Positions 53,068-64,000 of a stretch of DNA of 64,000 nt are shown piece by piece. Below the pieces are notes generated by a model. That model searched no databases, had not been told where the DNA came from, and was given only the letters and a program-made list of their open reading frames with translations. This stretch comes from Lama guanicoe. Its lineage: Eukaryota. The DNA lies in the NCBI GenBank assembly GCA_013239625.1, contig MU053884.1, positions 62,001 through 126,000 on the forward strand, written 5' to 3'. Within the stretch, counting starts at the first letter, position 1. Each line of letters opens with the position of its first letter. Position numbers and translations under genes: made by a program.

Positions 53068-53178
53068 GCACATGTGGGGGTTTGTGCCTGCAGGCCGGGA
53101 TGCTACAGGACTCCCTCGTCCATCTCCATTATGTCTTGGAGCTGCTCCAGTCAGTGAATGACTTTCTGTGGCTTGGAG
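53068..53178 (+). pseudogene. TRAPPC9: TRAPPC9 exon 3, 5'-truncated duplicate
   Basis: Translates [33 protein letters not shown]|gtaagg; recalled human [34 protein letters not shown]. The first ~12 codons (HYKKRCQGRMRK) and the native acceptor are absent. Confidence 0.92.
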
Positions 53179-53489
53179 GTAAGGTGATCTGATGCAGATG
53201 ACCAGATGTGTAACTAAAATATTCTTACTTGAAATAAGAGAAAACCTAGAAAAATGGCTCTAAAACAGAGGATGAGGGAGGAGAGTTGGCTGAGCTGCTT
53301 GCAGTGGGGAATATTCTCAGGTGACTCCCTCATTGTGTCTCCTGTCACTCTCCCGCACAGCCCTGCATGGCAGTCATGCTGAAGCAAGCATGCACTTTCG
53401 AAGAAACGTGCTGAATTTATTGTGCCTCTGTTTTTTGGCTTTTTTTTTTTGAAAGAACGTCTTGCCCATTGCATAAATGCTATCCCTGA

Positions 53490-54060
53490 TATTCACCACT
53501 TACATTCATTCTTCTGGAACTTGTCCATACATAGCTGCTGAATGGATGAGCAGAATGTAGTATCTCCATGTAGTGGAACATTATTCAGATGTATGGATGA
53601 ATAAAAAGAAAAAAAATAAAGGGGAATATTAAAAAGGTCACCTGCTCTGGGAAGTCCACCCTGACTTCTCAACCCGACCTTTTCCCTTTGAAACCCCACC
53701 CCTTATACTCCTCTCTACTCTTTTTGATAGTATTTACCACCTCCTAATAAACATTAACATTTTCAAAAAAAAAAAGAGAGATGCTGATACCACTTCAACA
53801 TGGACGAGCCTTGATAACAGCACGTTAAGTGAAAGGAACCAGACACAAACGGCCACATATTGTTGATTTCAGTGATCTGAAATGCCCAGAATATGCACAT
53901 GCAGAGGCAGAGGGCAGGTGATGGTTGCAAGATGCTGGGTAGAGGGGGGTTGGGGGGTGACTGCTAGTGACAGGGGTGTTCTTTTGGGGTGATGAAGTTT
54001 TCTGGAAATGGTGGTGAGGGCTGCACAACCGTGAGTGTGCAGAAGACTGCTGAGCTCTGT
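53490..54060 (+). mobile_element. L1MB-like 3' end, interrupted at about 53630-53775
   Basis: gctgaatggatgagcagaatgtagtatctcc ... caacatggacgagccttga...taagtgaaaggaaccagacacaaa ... ttttggggtgatgaagttttctggaa. Confidence 0.75.
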
Positions 54061-55127
54061 CTCTGGGAGTGCCTGTGGTTGGGGGCGGCTTTATTTTGTT
54101 CTCATCCAGCAATGTGAAGGGTCATCTTGTGCTTAGGCCATTCTACTCCTGTGAGTGGTGAGGCTCAGAGACTTTGCAGAGTCACGTTTCTTTTTTCCCC
54201 CTTGCTGAGTGTTGGCAAAAAAGATTTAACACTGAGAAAGTGCTCCATCTGCAGAAATGTCTTTTGGTTTTGCATGGTGTAAAAATCTTGAGAGCTTTTA
54301 ATCATTGAGGACAGTCTGTTGGGGGAAACAGCCCGTGAAGCCTGGGTGAGAACTGGAAGAGCTGTGCTTCCCTCCCTGACACGGGTGGGGATTTCAACCC
54401 CATTGAGGTAGTGAAGGGCCCAGACCCGTGAGCAGAGTTGACAATCATGGATATTTATGTGTATCCATTGCTTCATCTTGGATATGAATTTCAAGCTGAG
54501 TCAGTTTGTGGCGACAGCCTCATCCTACATCAGGAATTTATAGTATCTGCTCTTTGAGGTGAAGACCAGATAGACTTGATTATTTAACAATCTGTCTTGA
54601 ATTGATATCTCAGATTCCTTTGTCAATAGAAAAACAGCAGAAATACAGACGTCCTTTAATGCCGATGTGACCTTGAGCAGGTTTAGTCTCTGTGCCTCAG
54701 TGGTCTTGTTTGCGGGTGGGGAAGATGATAACAGTGTTTCCCTCAGAAGGGCTGGTGAGTGGAGAGTGAGAAGCACAGAGGGAGGACTTACACGAGATGT
54801 TCATGAATGACAAAATTTAGTGCTCTCAGCCTGGTGAGGCCTCAGGGGCAGAGATGTCAGAACAGAGCAGTCCTAGCCAGAGCTCGATCCGTGTTGGCAG
54901 TTGTTATGATCAGTATCACCACTGTGGGTTATCAGGCAGTTTTAAAACTTGGTAATATGAATTCATGAATATTGTTAAAAGACTATACAACTCAGATCCA
55001 GTTTACATAGTTCTCAAGATTTCCTCTGAGACATGGATATTTTTTCCCCATCTTAAATCTGAGTTGAATCTCTAAAAAAATTCTGTAGTCCTCCATCTTT
55101 TTGGTTTAATACTCCATTTCTTGAAAA

Positions 55128-55214
55128 AGTTTTTAAATGGAGTTACTGGAGACTGAAGTGAGGGTGACATGCATGCTAAGCACATACTCTCCCAAATGAG
55201 TTATAATCTCCCCA
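55128..55214 (-). mobile_element. tRNA-derived SINE (camelid type), diverged
   Basis: tttttaaatggagttactggagactgaa...tgcatgctaagcacatactctccc...gagttataatctccccc. Confidence 0.6.
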
Positions 55215-58200
55215 CTGTTTTTTTTAAACTTTACTTTCTTAGAATTCAGAGGTTAGAGGACTCTAATTCTTTTTCTGGAGACTTGTCCATGAACCTGTAA
55301 ATCTATAATTAGTGGACCAATTTTGATTTATTAAAAAAATCAATAGAACATTCTGCAATCCATTCGAAAGGAAATGCTCATTGATTTAAAATGTTTTTCC
55401 TTTATAGTGTTTTCAACTTTTTGGTCTAGCTTAATTTATTAACAGCCATCTTTATCATCATAATGACCAAACTCGCTCTGAGTGGACACATAACTAAGGC
55501 TAAAATGCTTTCCTCATGTTTTACTTCATAGCAGGTGTTTGAAGGTAGGTATCAGTGTCTCCTTTTTTGCAGCTGAGGGACTGAGAGGTGAGGCAGCTTG
55601 TCCCTAATCTCACTCAACTGGCGGTGGCAGGCTCAGGGCTGGAACCCAGGCTGCACAGGATGCATTCTCAATTGCTCTTCTGATCAGCCTCCCGTTGAGT
55701 GGTTTCCCGAACTCCTGTGAGTCCATAAATGACCGATTTTAGCGATCTCAGCCTGATGAGGCTTTCAAAGGAGATACACCAGTGAGATTGTGAGACAGAG
55801 TGGCATAAATTAAAATTGTACATTTTCACAAATGTTGCATTCTCAGGTAATGACTTAAAAAGTTTATATTTTCTTTATTTTAGTGTTCTTTAAGCACTAA
55901 AAATAAAACATTAAAAATGATTAAAGTGCGAAATAGGAGTGGGCTTTGAAAGTCCAACTATTGCAAATGATGTTGCTTGTTTTTCTCTAGTGGTGCTTAT
56001 TGACAGAAAAATTTACAAAGACTGAATTGGTTTTATGTAGTGTTAGTATGGAGGAAAAGTTTGTCAGTGAATATTGAAAGTAAAATCTTTACTCTTTTCT
56101 TTCCTGATGATGAATATGTAAGTTGTTTTCATGGCTTAAGTACATTTCCTCATTTGTGAAATTTGAGTGATGCCGTTTACCGTGTCTGACTGTGAGAGGT
56201 AGATGCCTTGTATACAGAGCACCCAAAAGCTGCTTAGTAAAAATGTTCTGTCATAATGACAGATAGTTTAGAAGGATCAACTGTGAATACTAAAGAGGGT
56301 GGCTTGTTTCTGATGCATATTCAATATGCATATATATGAATATGTATTAAAATAACAAGGATTCAGGGTTTTTTGTGTGTGTGTGTTTGCAGTATGAAGT
56401 TTTAATGAAATCTGTATTATTGCAGCAAGACAGGGACTAGTTAAATTGCCTTAAGCAGACGATCTTGAAGATTATTTACACAGAATGTTTATTGTTACAA
56501 GTCAGAATACATGTTGCCGTGTAACCATCCACTCAGACATTTAAATTCATAGAAATCTGACCAGAACCATTAAGTTTCGAAAAATCCACATTGATCATTT
56601 TCAGGGAATAAACTTCTCTCTTTTGTGATTAAATAAAATTTTGATTTATTTTTCTGCACTCTTAATAGGTTTTAAAATATCAAAACATTAATTTGACATG
56701 ATAGTTTTTTAATAGAATAAATCTCATTCTGTTTTAATATATAAATAAATGTTTTTGTATTTCAATACACTTGTATGATTTCCTGGCTATTTGAGAAGTA
56801 TTTTGCAAGATACTTATATTACCTACTGTTGGAAATATAGAGACGTGACTTTTATGAATATAGACCTAGTACAGATCTTTGGTTTTTGCTACAGTGCAAG
56901 ACATGAGGCCTAGGAGAGCTTTGCTGCTGATTGCCAGGAGAACAGATTCCAGACTTCACTCTCCCGTCCTGTAAAATGAAGTGGATGGCCTGGATTCTTT
57001 TCTCTTCTAAAATGAGTTTCCATGGGCCTGGGTCTTTTGTTTATATTCAGGAGTACTAGCAATATCAGATTAAATACTGAATACACCTCCCTTCCCCAAA
57101 GCAAAGTGCAGTATTTGCTACATAAGCTTTTAGTTAACTGATTCTTGTTTCTGATCCAACAGGCAATTTTTGTGTTGCATCTTTCCCGACAACCTGGAAT
57201 GTCTTTTGAGCACTGTTGCACCTTCTTACAGTCTTAATATTCCTGTTTGGAAAAGAAGGCTTAAAGAATGTTATTTTGTTGATTACTTTGCTTAATGCTT
57301 CAGGATAGCACAATGTCCATTATGGCTGTCTACCTGGAAAAATTATTCTGCTTATATCTAAGTTTTATTCTGTCATCTCGCTGTGAACATTTCAGACTTG
57401 CTGTGCAAACAATGGTAAAATCAGACTTTTCTTCCAATGTTAGAAACCAGTGAGCCAGGATTTTATAAAACAGCTAGAAGCGGCCTCTGGAGCACCTTAA
57501 AGCTGAGAATTGTACTGACTTCCCTGAGTATTGACACAGCTGTTGTGTCAGTTGCTGGGAGGTGATTTGGTACATATAGGAAGGGGTGCAGTTTTTTGAT
57601 TTGGGTTTGCGTGCACGTACTGCCACTGAGCCACGTGAGCCTGAGTCAGTTTGTTCTGAGTTTTTCCCTCGTCTGTGAGATGGGGACACTCATATCTGCT
57701 TTGTAGAATTGTGAGAATTAGAAATTATGTAAGGTGTTTAACACAGTGGGTATGTCAGGAGGGCTCATAAACTTTAGCTCCTGTTTTGTATGAAGCCATC
57801 GTTTTATAGTCTTTGGCGATTGCTAAGAAACAGGAAAATAACAAAAGCTGGTTTTATGATGAAAGATATTTGAGGAGGTTCCATAGTTCCTATACACATA
57901 ATTTAGCATCAGCAGAGTCAGGACCGTTACACAGTAGCCCTGAACCAATGTTAAGCCACAGAATTTTTTGTTACTTCATATATGTTGGGGCTTAAGTGGA
58001 CCCAATACTTCTACACATGTTTTATCCAGCAGCCAACTGAGAGATGACACAGAAGAACAGGCAGGCGATAAATGTCTCCTTTATTACTGATGAAGCCATG
58101 TTCTCCATGAAATTCAGGGCTGTGGGAGAGTGGGTGTCATGATACTATGTCCCAGAATTAGAGACTCATGCAGTCCCAGTTAGCTCTGGGCCACAGCAAG

Positions 58201-58619
58201 CCTTCCCTTGAGAGGATTTGCCCCATAATGCACAGGGCTGTCCTGCCATGGAGCTGAGCATCCCGGGTGCTTCTCAAGAGTGGCCAACACTGGAGGGAAA
58301 GGAAACGTTTCATGTGCCCTGCTTGTCTTCCCATACTCACACCTCAATCTGTTAGTGTGAGGAGGGCTAGCAGTGGGCCAGGGGTCAGGGGTGTGAAGGG
58401 AGAATCACACTCCATGGACCAGAGGAGTGGGTAGGAGGTATCCCCTCCCTCACTTTAAGCAGGTGATGGGATGGAACAGAAGGGTGCTCCCCAAAAGTTT
58501 ATAAGAGGGGAAATAAGGATACCCTCTGGCACTCAGACTAGCCTTGAAACAGAGAAGATGATTAGAAGGGAAACTTGTAAATCACTTTCATATTAAATTG
58601 ACATTTGTTGAGCACCAAA

Positions 58620-58820
58620 AATATGCTGCATTCTTTTCTGAGCGTTTTACATAAATGAATCCTTCAATGTTCACAACAAGTGAGTATGGAAGTATTGATT
58701 GTTATCTCAGTTTTACAATGTGGAAATTGAGGCATACAGAGGGTAAGTAAGTTGGCCAAGGTCACAGAACTAGTAAGTGGAAGAGCTGGTATTTAAACCC
58801 TGGCTGTCTGGTTTCCAGGC
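58620..58820. mobile_element. MIR SINE
   Basis: ttatctcagttttacaatgtggaaattgaggcatacagagggtaagtaagttggccaaggtcacagaactagtaagtgg matches the MIR core. Confidence 0.8.
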
Positions 58821-60240
58821 TTTTGGTGTTTAGAGGTATCTGCATCCCTGGATCTCTGTACCTCTGTGCATCAGTTAGCCCAGAAAGGACAGGGAAAGGA
58901 GAGTTACACAGGTGCTCATAGTCGTGTCTCAGCCACTGTCTATGGAGAGTGCACAGTGATTGGCGTTAATTGTCTTCTGGGCAGCAGATCTGTTCGTATA
59001 ACAGAAATGTAGTCCATTGAGTTAATCTAGAAACCCTTCCTGCTCTGCTTCTGTCCACGCTTGCCAAGTGACTGCCTGCCCGTGATTGGGCCATTGAGGA
59101 GAAATTATACTCATGTTTGAATTCTGATATTTCAGTCTGGTTTGTAGTTTCACATCTCCTGTTACATTAATAATTTAAGTTTCTGGTTTTCTTGCATCAG
59201 TCTCATGAGTTTGGTTAATGTGAAACCAGTCCATGTGAGCCCAGGGGTGTTGACGGTATAATTTCTGAGCACGTTGTGGCACTTCTACCTGTGCAGACCT
59301 GGCTGGAGGATTTCCGCCTTCTTCACTGATTTCCCTCAACAACAGGGTCCTCTCCCACCCCCGGATGTGAGGCTGGGAGCTCTCTGAGTAGGCCAGTCAG
59401 AGGCCACGTCCACCAATCAGAAAATTATAAGGTACCTGGAAGTGGGTTTAATAGAAGAAAAGGGCTTCCAGGTATTCCGATGGGCTGTTCGAGTCCTTTT
59501 GGTGAAAAGCTAGCTGCCCACTCTTTCTGGTTGAGCTGCTTCTTTGCTGTTGAAAAGTCTGGATTAAATGAATGTATTTTAAAAAGCAGAAAGGTGTGAT
59601 TTCAGATGGTGCATCCACACCAGTGAGAAGTGATGGATGACAGCCTGTATGAGGCATAGACAGAGTCTTACAAACTTCATAAAACAGCTTTAAAAGCTCT
59701 TCCATCTGAGTGCACTTCATAAGGGGTCCAGTTCATGACTGGGTGTGCTGAGTGGGCAAATAATTGATGATGACAGAAAGGACAAGGAGGCATCAAAATT
59801 GTCCCAGGCATGTTCCCTGTTTAAAGGATGGGGCACAATGCAATATATTTGAACTGGTTCTTCACTGAACAGTTTTGAGTGTTTTCTGGGAATCCCTAGT
59901 CCCACAAGGTTCCATGCAGCTGGGTGTTCCCTCAGTGGAGCTCTTTCACCGCTTGCCCTTGGTTGACGTGGTGTCACGGGGAGCTGGATGGTCAGCGTCC
60001 CCGGCTCCTCCGAGCTCCGTCTCCTCATCCGCAGTACCGGGTTTCTCATCCGTGTCTACGTATTAGAGTTTCTGAGAATCACACGTGATGGTTGTCAGGT
60101 GTGATTTGTGGTTGCCTCTGTGATTGGCATATAGTTAATATTTGATAGAAACACTTATTTATTATAATTGTGGCTCCTAGATTGCAGTGGTTTTTAGTCT
60201 GCATTTTTTAATAACTATATTCTTATTTTTAAATAAGCAC

Positions 60241-60336
60241 TTATTTTTATTTATTTTTATGAAGGTATTGTGGATTGAAGCCAAGACCTTGTGCATGCTA
60301 ACCAGGTGGTCTACAGCTGAGTAATACCCACCCTCC
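60241..60336 (-). mobile_element. tRNA-derived SINE (camelid type)
   Basis: gaaggtattgtggattgaagccaagaccttgtgcatgctaaccaggtggtctacagctgagtaataccc. Confidence 0.7.
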
Positions 60337-63300
60337 TTCTCTGCACTTAAAAATAAATATTGCAATACACAAAATAGCTCTTAAACACCATCATGGGACC
60401 TATTTTCTGTATAGACAATTAAATACATATGCTATTTCAATAAGAATAAATGTTGTTGGGACATACCTTTCTGAATCTGTTTACGTGTTTAAAAACGATC
60501 ATAGCCAGTGATAAACACGAGTCTTGGATCCATTACTTCTTAGGGTCTGCTTTGGCATCATGGGAAATTACATTCTACAGAGAAGGCTAATTGGGTCTCA
60601 TTGATATTTGGATGATTTAGCAGATAATCAAGGCTTTTAAAAGCTGACAGTTTTGTATTTTAAACTAACTACAAAGTTATCTTCTAGAAGTTGGAAGTCC
60701 TCAGCTTGTTAAGTGCCCAGTAATTCAGTGTGTATATGTATGTCTGTGTCTGTGTGAACGTGTGTGTGGTGATTTCAGGATGGTAGAAATAAGTTCCATA
60801 TATCCTTCTGATACTTTTCTCCTCCAGTTCAAAGTGTAGGCATATATTTACACAAATAAATTGATACTCTTTTGTGATTTGGCATATTGGTGTGAATAAG
60901 AGGTCCTCATACTTGTTTCAGAAGGGTTGAGGAGAATGAGCGTAGAAAATGGGAGGAGATAGAGTCAGTGAGGCTCTTTACACTTTGTGTAGGATGAGAC
61001 ACAGTAGCTTTTCTTTTTTCATCTAAAGCAAACTGGCACTGAATTGTAACATACTATTACTCAGAATTGCTTTTCTGATAAGATATGAGTGTCTCACATT
61101 TTTCAAGGCAACATGAATGATGAAATGTATTTGGCAGTTATCTTTAAAAGTAGTACTATTTTACAAGTAAAAGGGTATAGCCTTTTCTTTTTTCCAGCTG
61201 TACAAGAAGTTCTTATTGATCTAGGTACATGATCAATGTACTTAGTTTCTTTTTTTTTTTTTTATAAGTGCTTGTTTCCTTGTGGTGTGAATGAATGTTT
61301 AAAATTTCTGAATTTTGATCTTTAGAACATGCTGATTTATCAGAACTGTTAAATACTTGATTGTTCTTTGGTCCTCGTTTGGTGGGGCACCCTATTGATT
61401 TATGTTGTCTGTTAAAGAGGGAAATTCTTCCTCTAGCCTGCAGATCATTAAGTGAATGGTTTGCAGTGTGCCTTTAAAATTCTTTGAACTCATTGAGCAT
61501 GTTTGTCCAGTGAATTTTGAATTGACTCATAGTAATGACTTGTTTTGATTCTGTGGCTTTTTCTACTCTCCACATGAATTTGAATTCTCTGTTGCATTTT
61601 GTATACGTGTTCTTAACAGGGGAAGAAATTTTGCATTTTTTACAGAGGTGGGTTTTCCTACCCTCTCTGAATGCTTTCTGTAATTGATACAGTGAAAATC
61701 TGTTATTGCAGTGCTTAATTATTTCAAAAACTATTTTTTTGGCTTAATCAGAAACAATGACAAAAAATGATAATAAAAAATATGAAAACCTTCCTTCCTT
61801 TGAAGAATAGAAATGAGGTGGTCAGGCATACAATTGCTTTGTACTTGACACACTTACTTTCATGTCATTGTGTATCATGATTCGGAGATGGAGTTCCCTC
61901 AGGTTTATAGATTTTTGTTTTAACCCTTGTGTTGAATTCATTCTCTAGGCTGATGTTTCCTATTACGTTTGTGGAAAGTGTAGATGAAGGGAAACAAATG
62001 TTTTGTTTTGTTTTCAGGAGGCCTGAGTTGCGGATGGGAAAAGAGTTGAGGGTGGGCTGAGGAAAAAAGTGACACTCCCTCTCCTCCCAGCTGAAACTGA
62101 TGAACAATGAAATCAATTAGCTGTATCGGTATTTGACTAATAGAAGTCAGACAGCCCGAAATGTTATGCCCAATGGAATGTACTGAATTCACCTGCAGAA
62201 TTAGGTACTTTACCAAGTAGAAGCAGCTTAGAGCAATCAGAAAAATCAGTCCTTTGATGAGATATAAAAAGAATATAATAACTTTTATTTCTGAAAATTT
62301 TCTACGTTAAGTTGGGTAGAGCTAAAATTAATTTTCAAGCACCAGGAGTCAAGAGTGTGGGTGGTTCTGTAGGATCGTTATTCAGGGATGTTTCTAGACC
62401 CTGCTGGAGTGGCTGAAGCTGGCAGGAAAAGACCCAGAGCCAGGATTTGTCATTCTAGGGTGTCCTCCTTAATGGTTCAATGTGGGAGCCCATGATTGGG
62501 TTAACAAATTGTAACAGACCCCAGAAGCCTGTCAACATTAAGAAGAAAAAAATGTGCTTAGTAACTGCTTTCAAGCAAACACCTGTGCATCCTCACTTCT
62601 GTCTCCTTGCCATAAAAAGCAGAGACAATGACTTGCTTGCATAGTTCAGGTTTTAGATTGCACTCTGCTCATTGCACAGCAATGACACAGGCCCTCAAAT
62701 ATAAAAGCTGAGCGTGCATGCTGTTAGATAGTCTATTATCCCCCAATCAAGGACCTGGCTGGTCTGGTGGTCTGCTTTGTAATCAACATATCTAAAGAGT
62801 GTATCTTGTTCCCCTCTCCCCATGACTTCCCTAAAGGTAAACAAAGCCTTTATACTCTTTGTGGATTCTACACTCTCTGTCTGATCCTGTCTTTCCCTAA
62901 GTTCCTGTTTACTATCACACACCTGTGAATGACTATTTCCTTTGATTATACACAATAAATATGGGAGCATTTGAGAGGCTCGTGGAGTTGGCTCCCTACT
63001 CCCTCTAGATTTCTTAACTTTTTCCACAGTCTTGAGTAATGCATTCCGTGTCGGTAAGACTTCTGCCAGCCAGAACCCACAGTTCCAGGTGAGAAGGATG
63101 GAGGCTTTATCTCTCCTACCCAAGGGAGAGAGAGAAGAGAATTAAGATCTGCTCCCCGGTGGTCCCTTCCAGCCCCAGGGACACTCGAGTTAACCTGCAG
63201 CCTTCTGGCCTCTGCTCACAGGGCCTCTGTACCAGGGCTGACCGTAGCCATTTCTTCCCTTGTCAACATTTCCTGTGCCTCTCAGAAGTTGGTCTCTTCT

Positions 63301-64000
63301 CTGCAGTTCAACCCTGGCAGATGTGAAGGTGGTCTGTGTGCTGGTGGGTAGTCACTTGGGGACTGCCAGGAGCCATGCTGATTCTCCTGAGTCTCTCACT
63401 CGGGGTTACAGAACTGTCGAGCAATGGAGGAAGCCCATTCAGGTGAGGTCAACATAGAATTACATCACTTTCATTTTATTTTTGAATTTTCAGTGGAGAA
63501 ATTATTTGTAGCAAACTGTTCCAGATTTTCAGCCGCCTGCTTTCCTTACCACCATTTCCTTGTTGGCTCTGGTCTTGTTTTAAGAACCAAGTTTCTTCTC
63601 TGGTCATTTGTAGCAGCTGGGCTTGCCGAATCCTTGACCTGCATTTGAAGCAGAATGCTTCTTCATGATGTCTAACTGATTTTTCTTGTCATGTCTGAAT
63701 ATTTCATGTACACTCAGCAACTGTTTCAAGTGAAATGCTCTTGTCCAATTTCGGTTCACTCACATTTGCTGATCTGCTGCTCTCATGCTGTTGGCAATTT
63801 CTTCTTCCTGTAATAAAAGCAAGCAATTTGCATTTACTATGGGAAGGTACTGGCCCGAGGTGCTTTTGTTATTAACAGTTTTATTACAATTCACCCATTA
63901 TGGTGTACAGCGGATTTTACTCTATGCCCAGGATTGTGCATCCCAATCAATCTTTGAACATTTTCATCCCTCCAGCAGGAAGCCCCGTATGCATAAGCTG

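Noticed and set aside
52834..53073. Lys-rich minus-strand ORF
   Set aside because: It is the translation of the poly(T)/CT tract.
53179..64000. Further TRAPPC9 exons (exon 4 onward, AALEGLCSASVIYHYP...)
   Set aside because: I could not find them by eye. The region is AT-rich and intron-like with MIR, SINE and L1 pieces. TBLASTN would be decisive.

Overview
This window is mammalian genomic DNA, not prokaryotic. It is probably from a camelid, inferred from four copies of a tRNA-derived SINE that I recognise as the camel/alpaca type. I find no intact protein-coding gene. Instead the window is a mosaic of intron-containing, disabled fragments of three unrelated genes. (1) POFUT2 promoter plus exons 1-2 on the minus strand (about 9.2-11.4 kb). 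(2) The last coding exon and probable 3'UTR of MRAP2 on the plus strand (about 28.1-30.0 kb). (3) TRAPPC9 exon 2 and part of exon 3 on the plus strand (44.1-53.2 kb). In human these genes lie on three different chromosomes, so the window looks like a segmental-duplication patchwork. Between the blocks are a short ~245-bp satellite-like tandem repeat, a 341-N assembly gap, a GC-rich array of about 13-14 degenerate ~160-bp units (some with splice-acceptor and donor-like motifs), an inverted pair of same-family LTRs upstream of a CpG island, and ordinary L1, L2, MIR, MaLR and hAT remnants. Gene identities come from my recall of the human protein sequences and need confirmation by alignment. Almost all ORFs in the supplied track are spurious.
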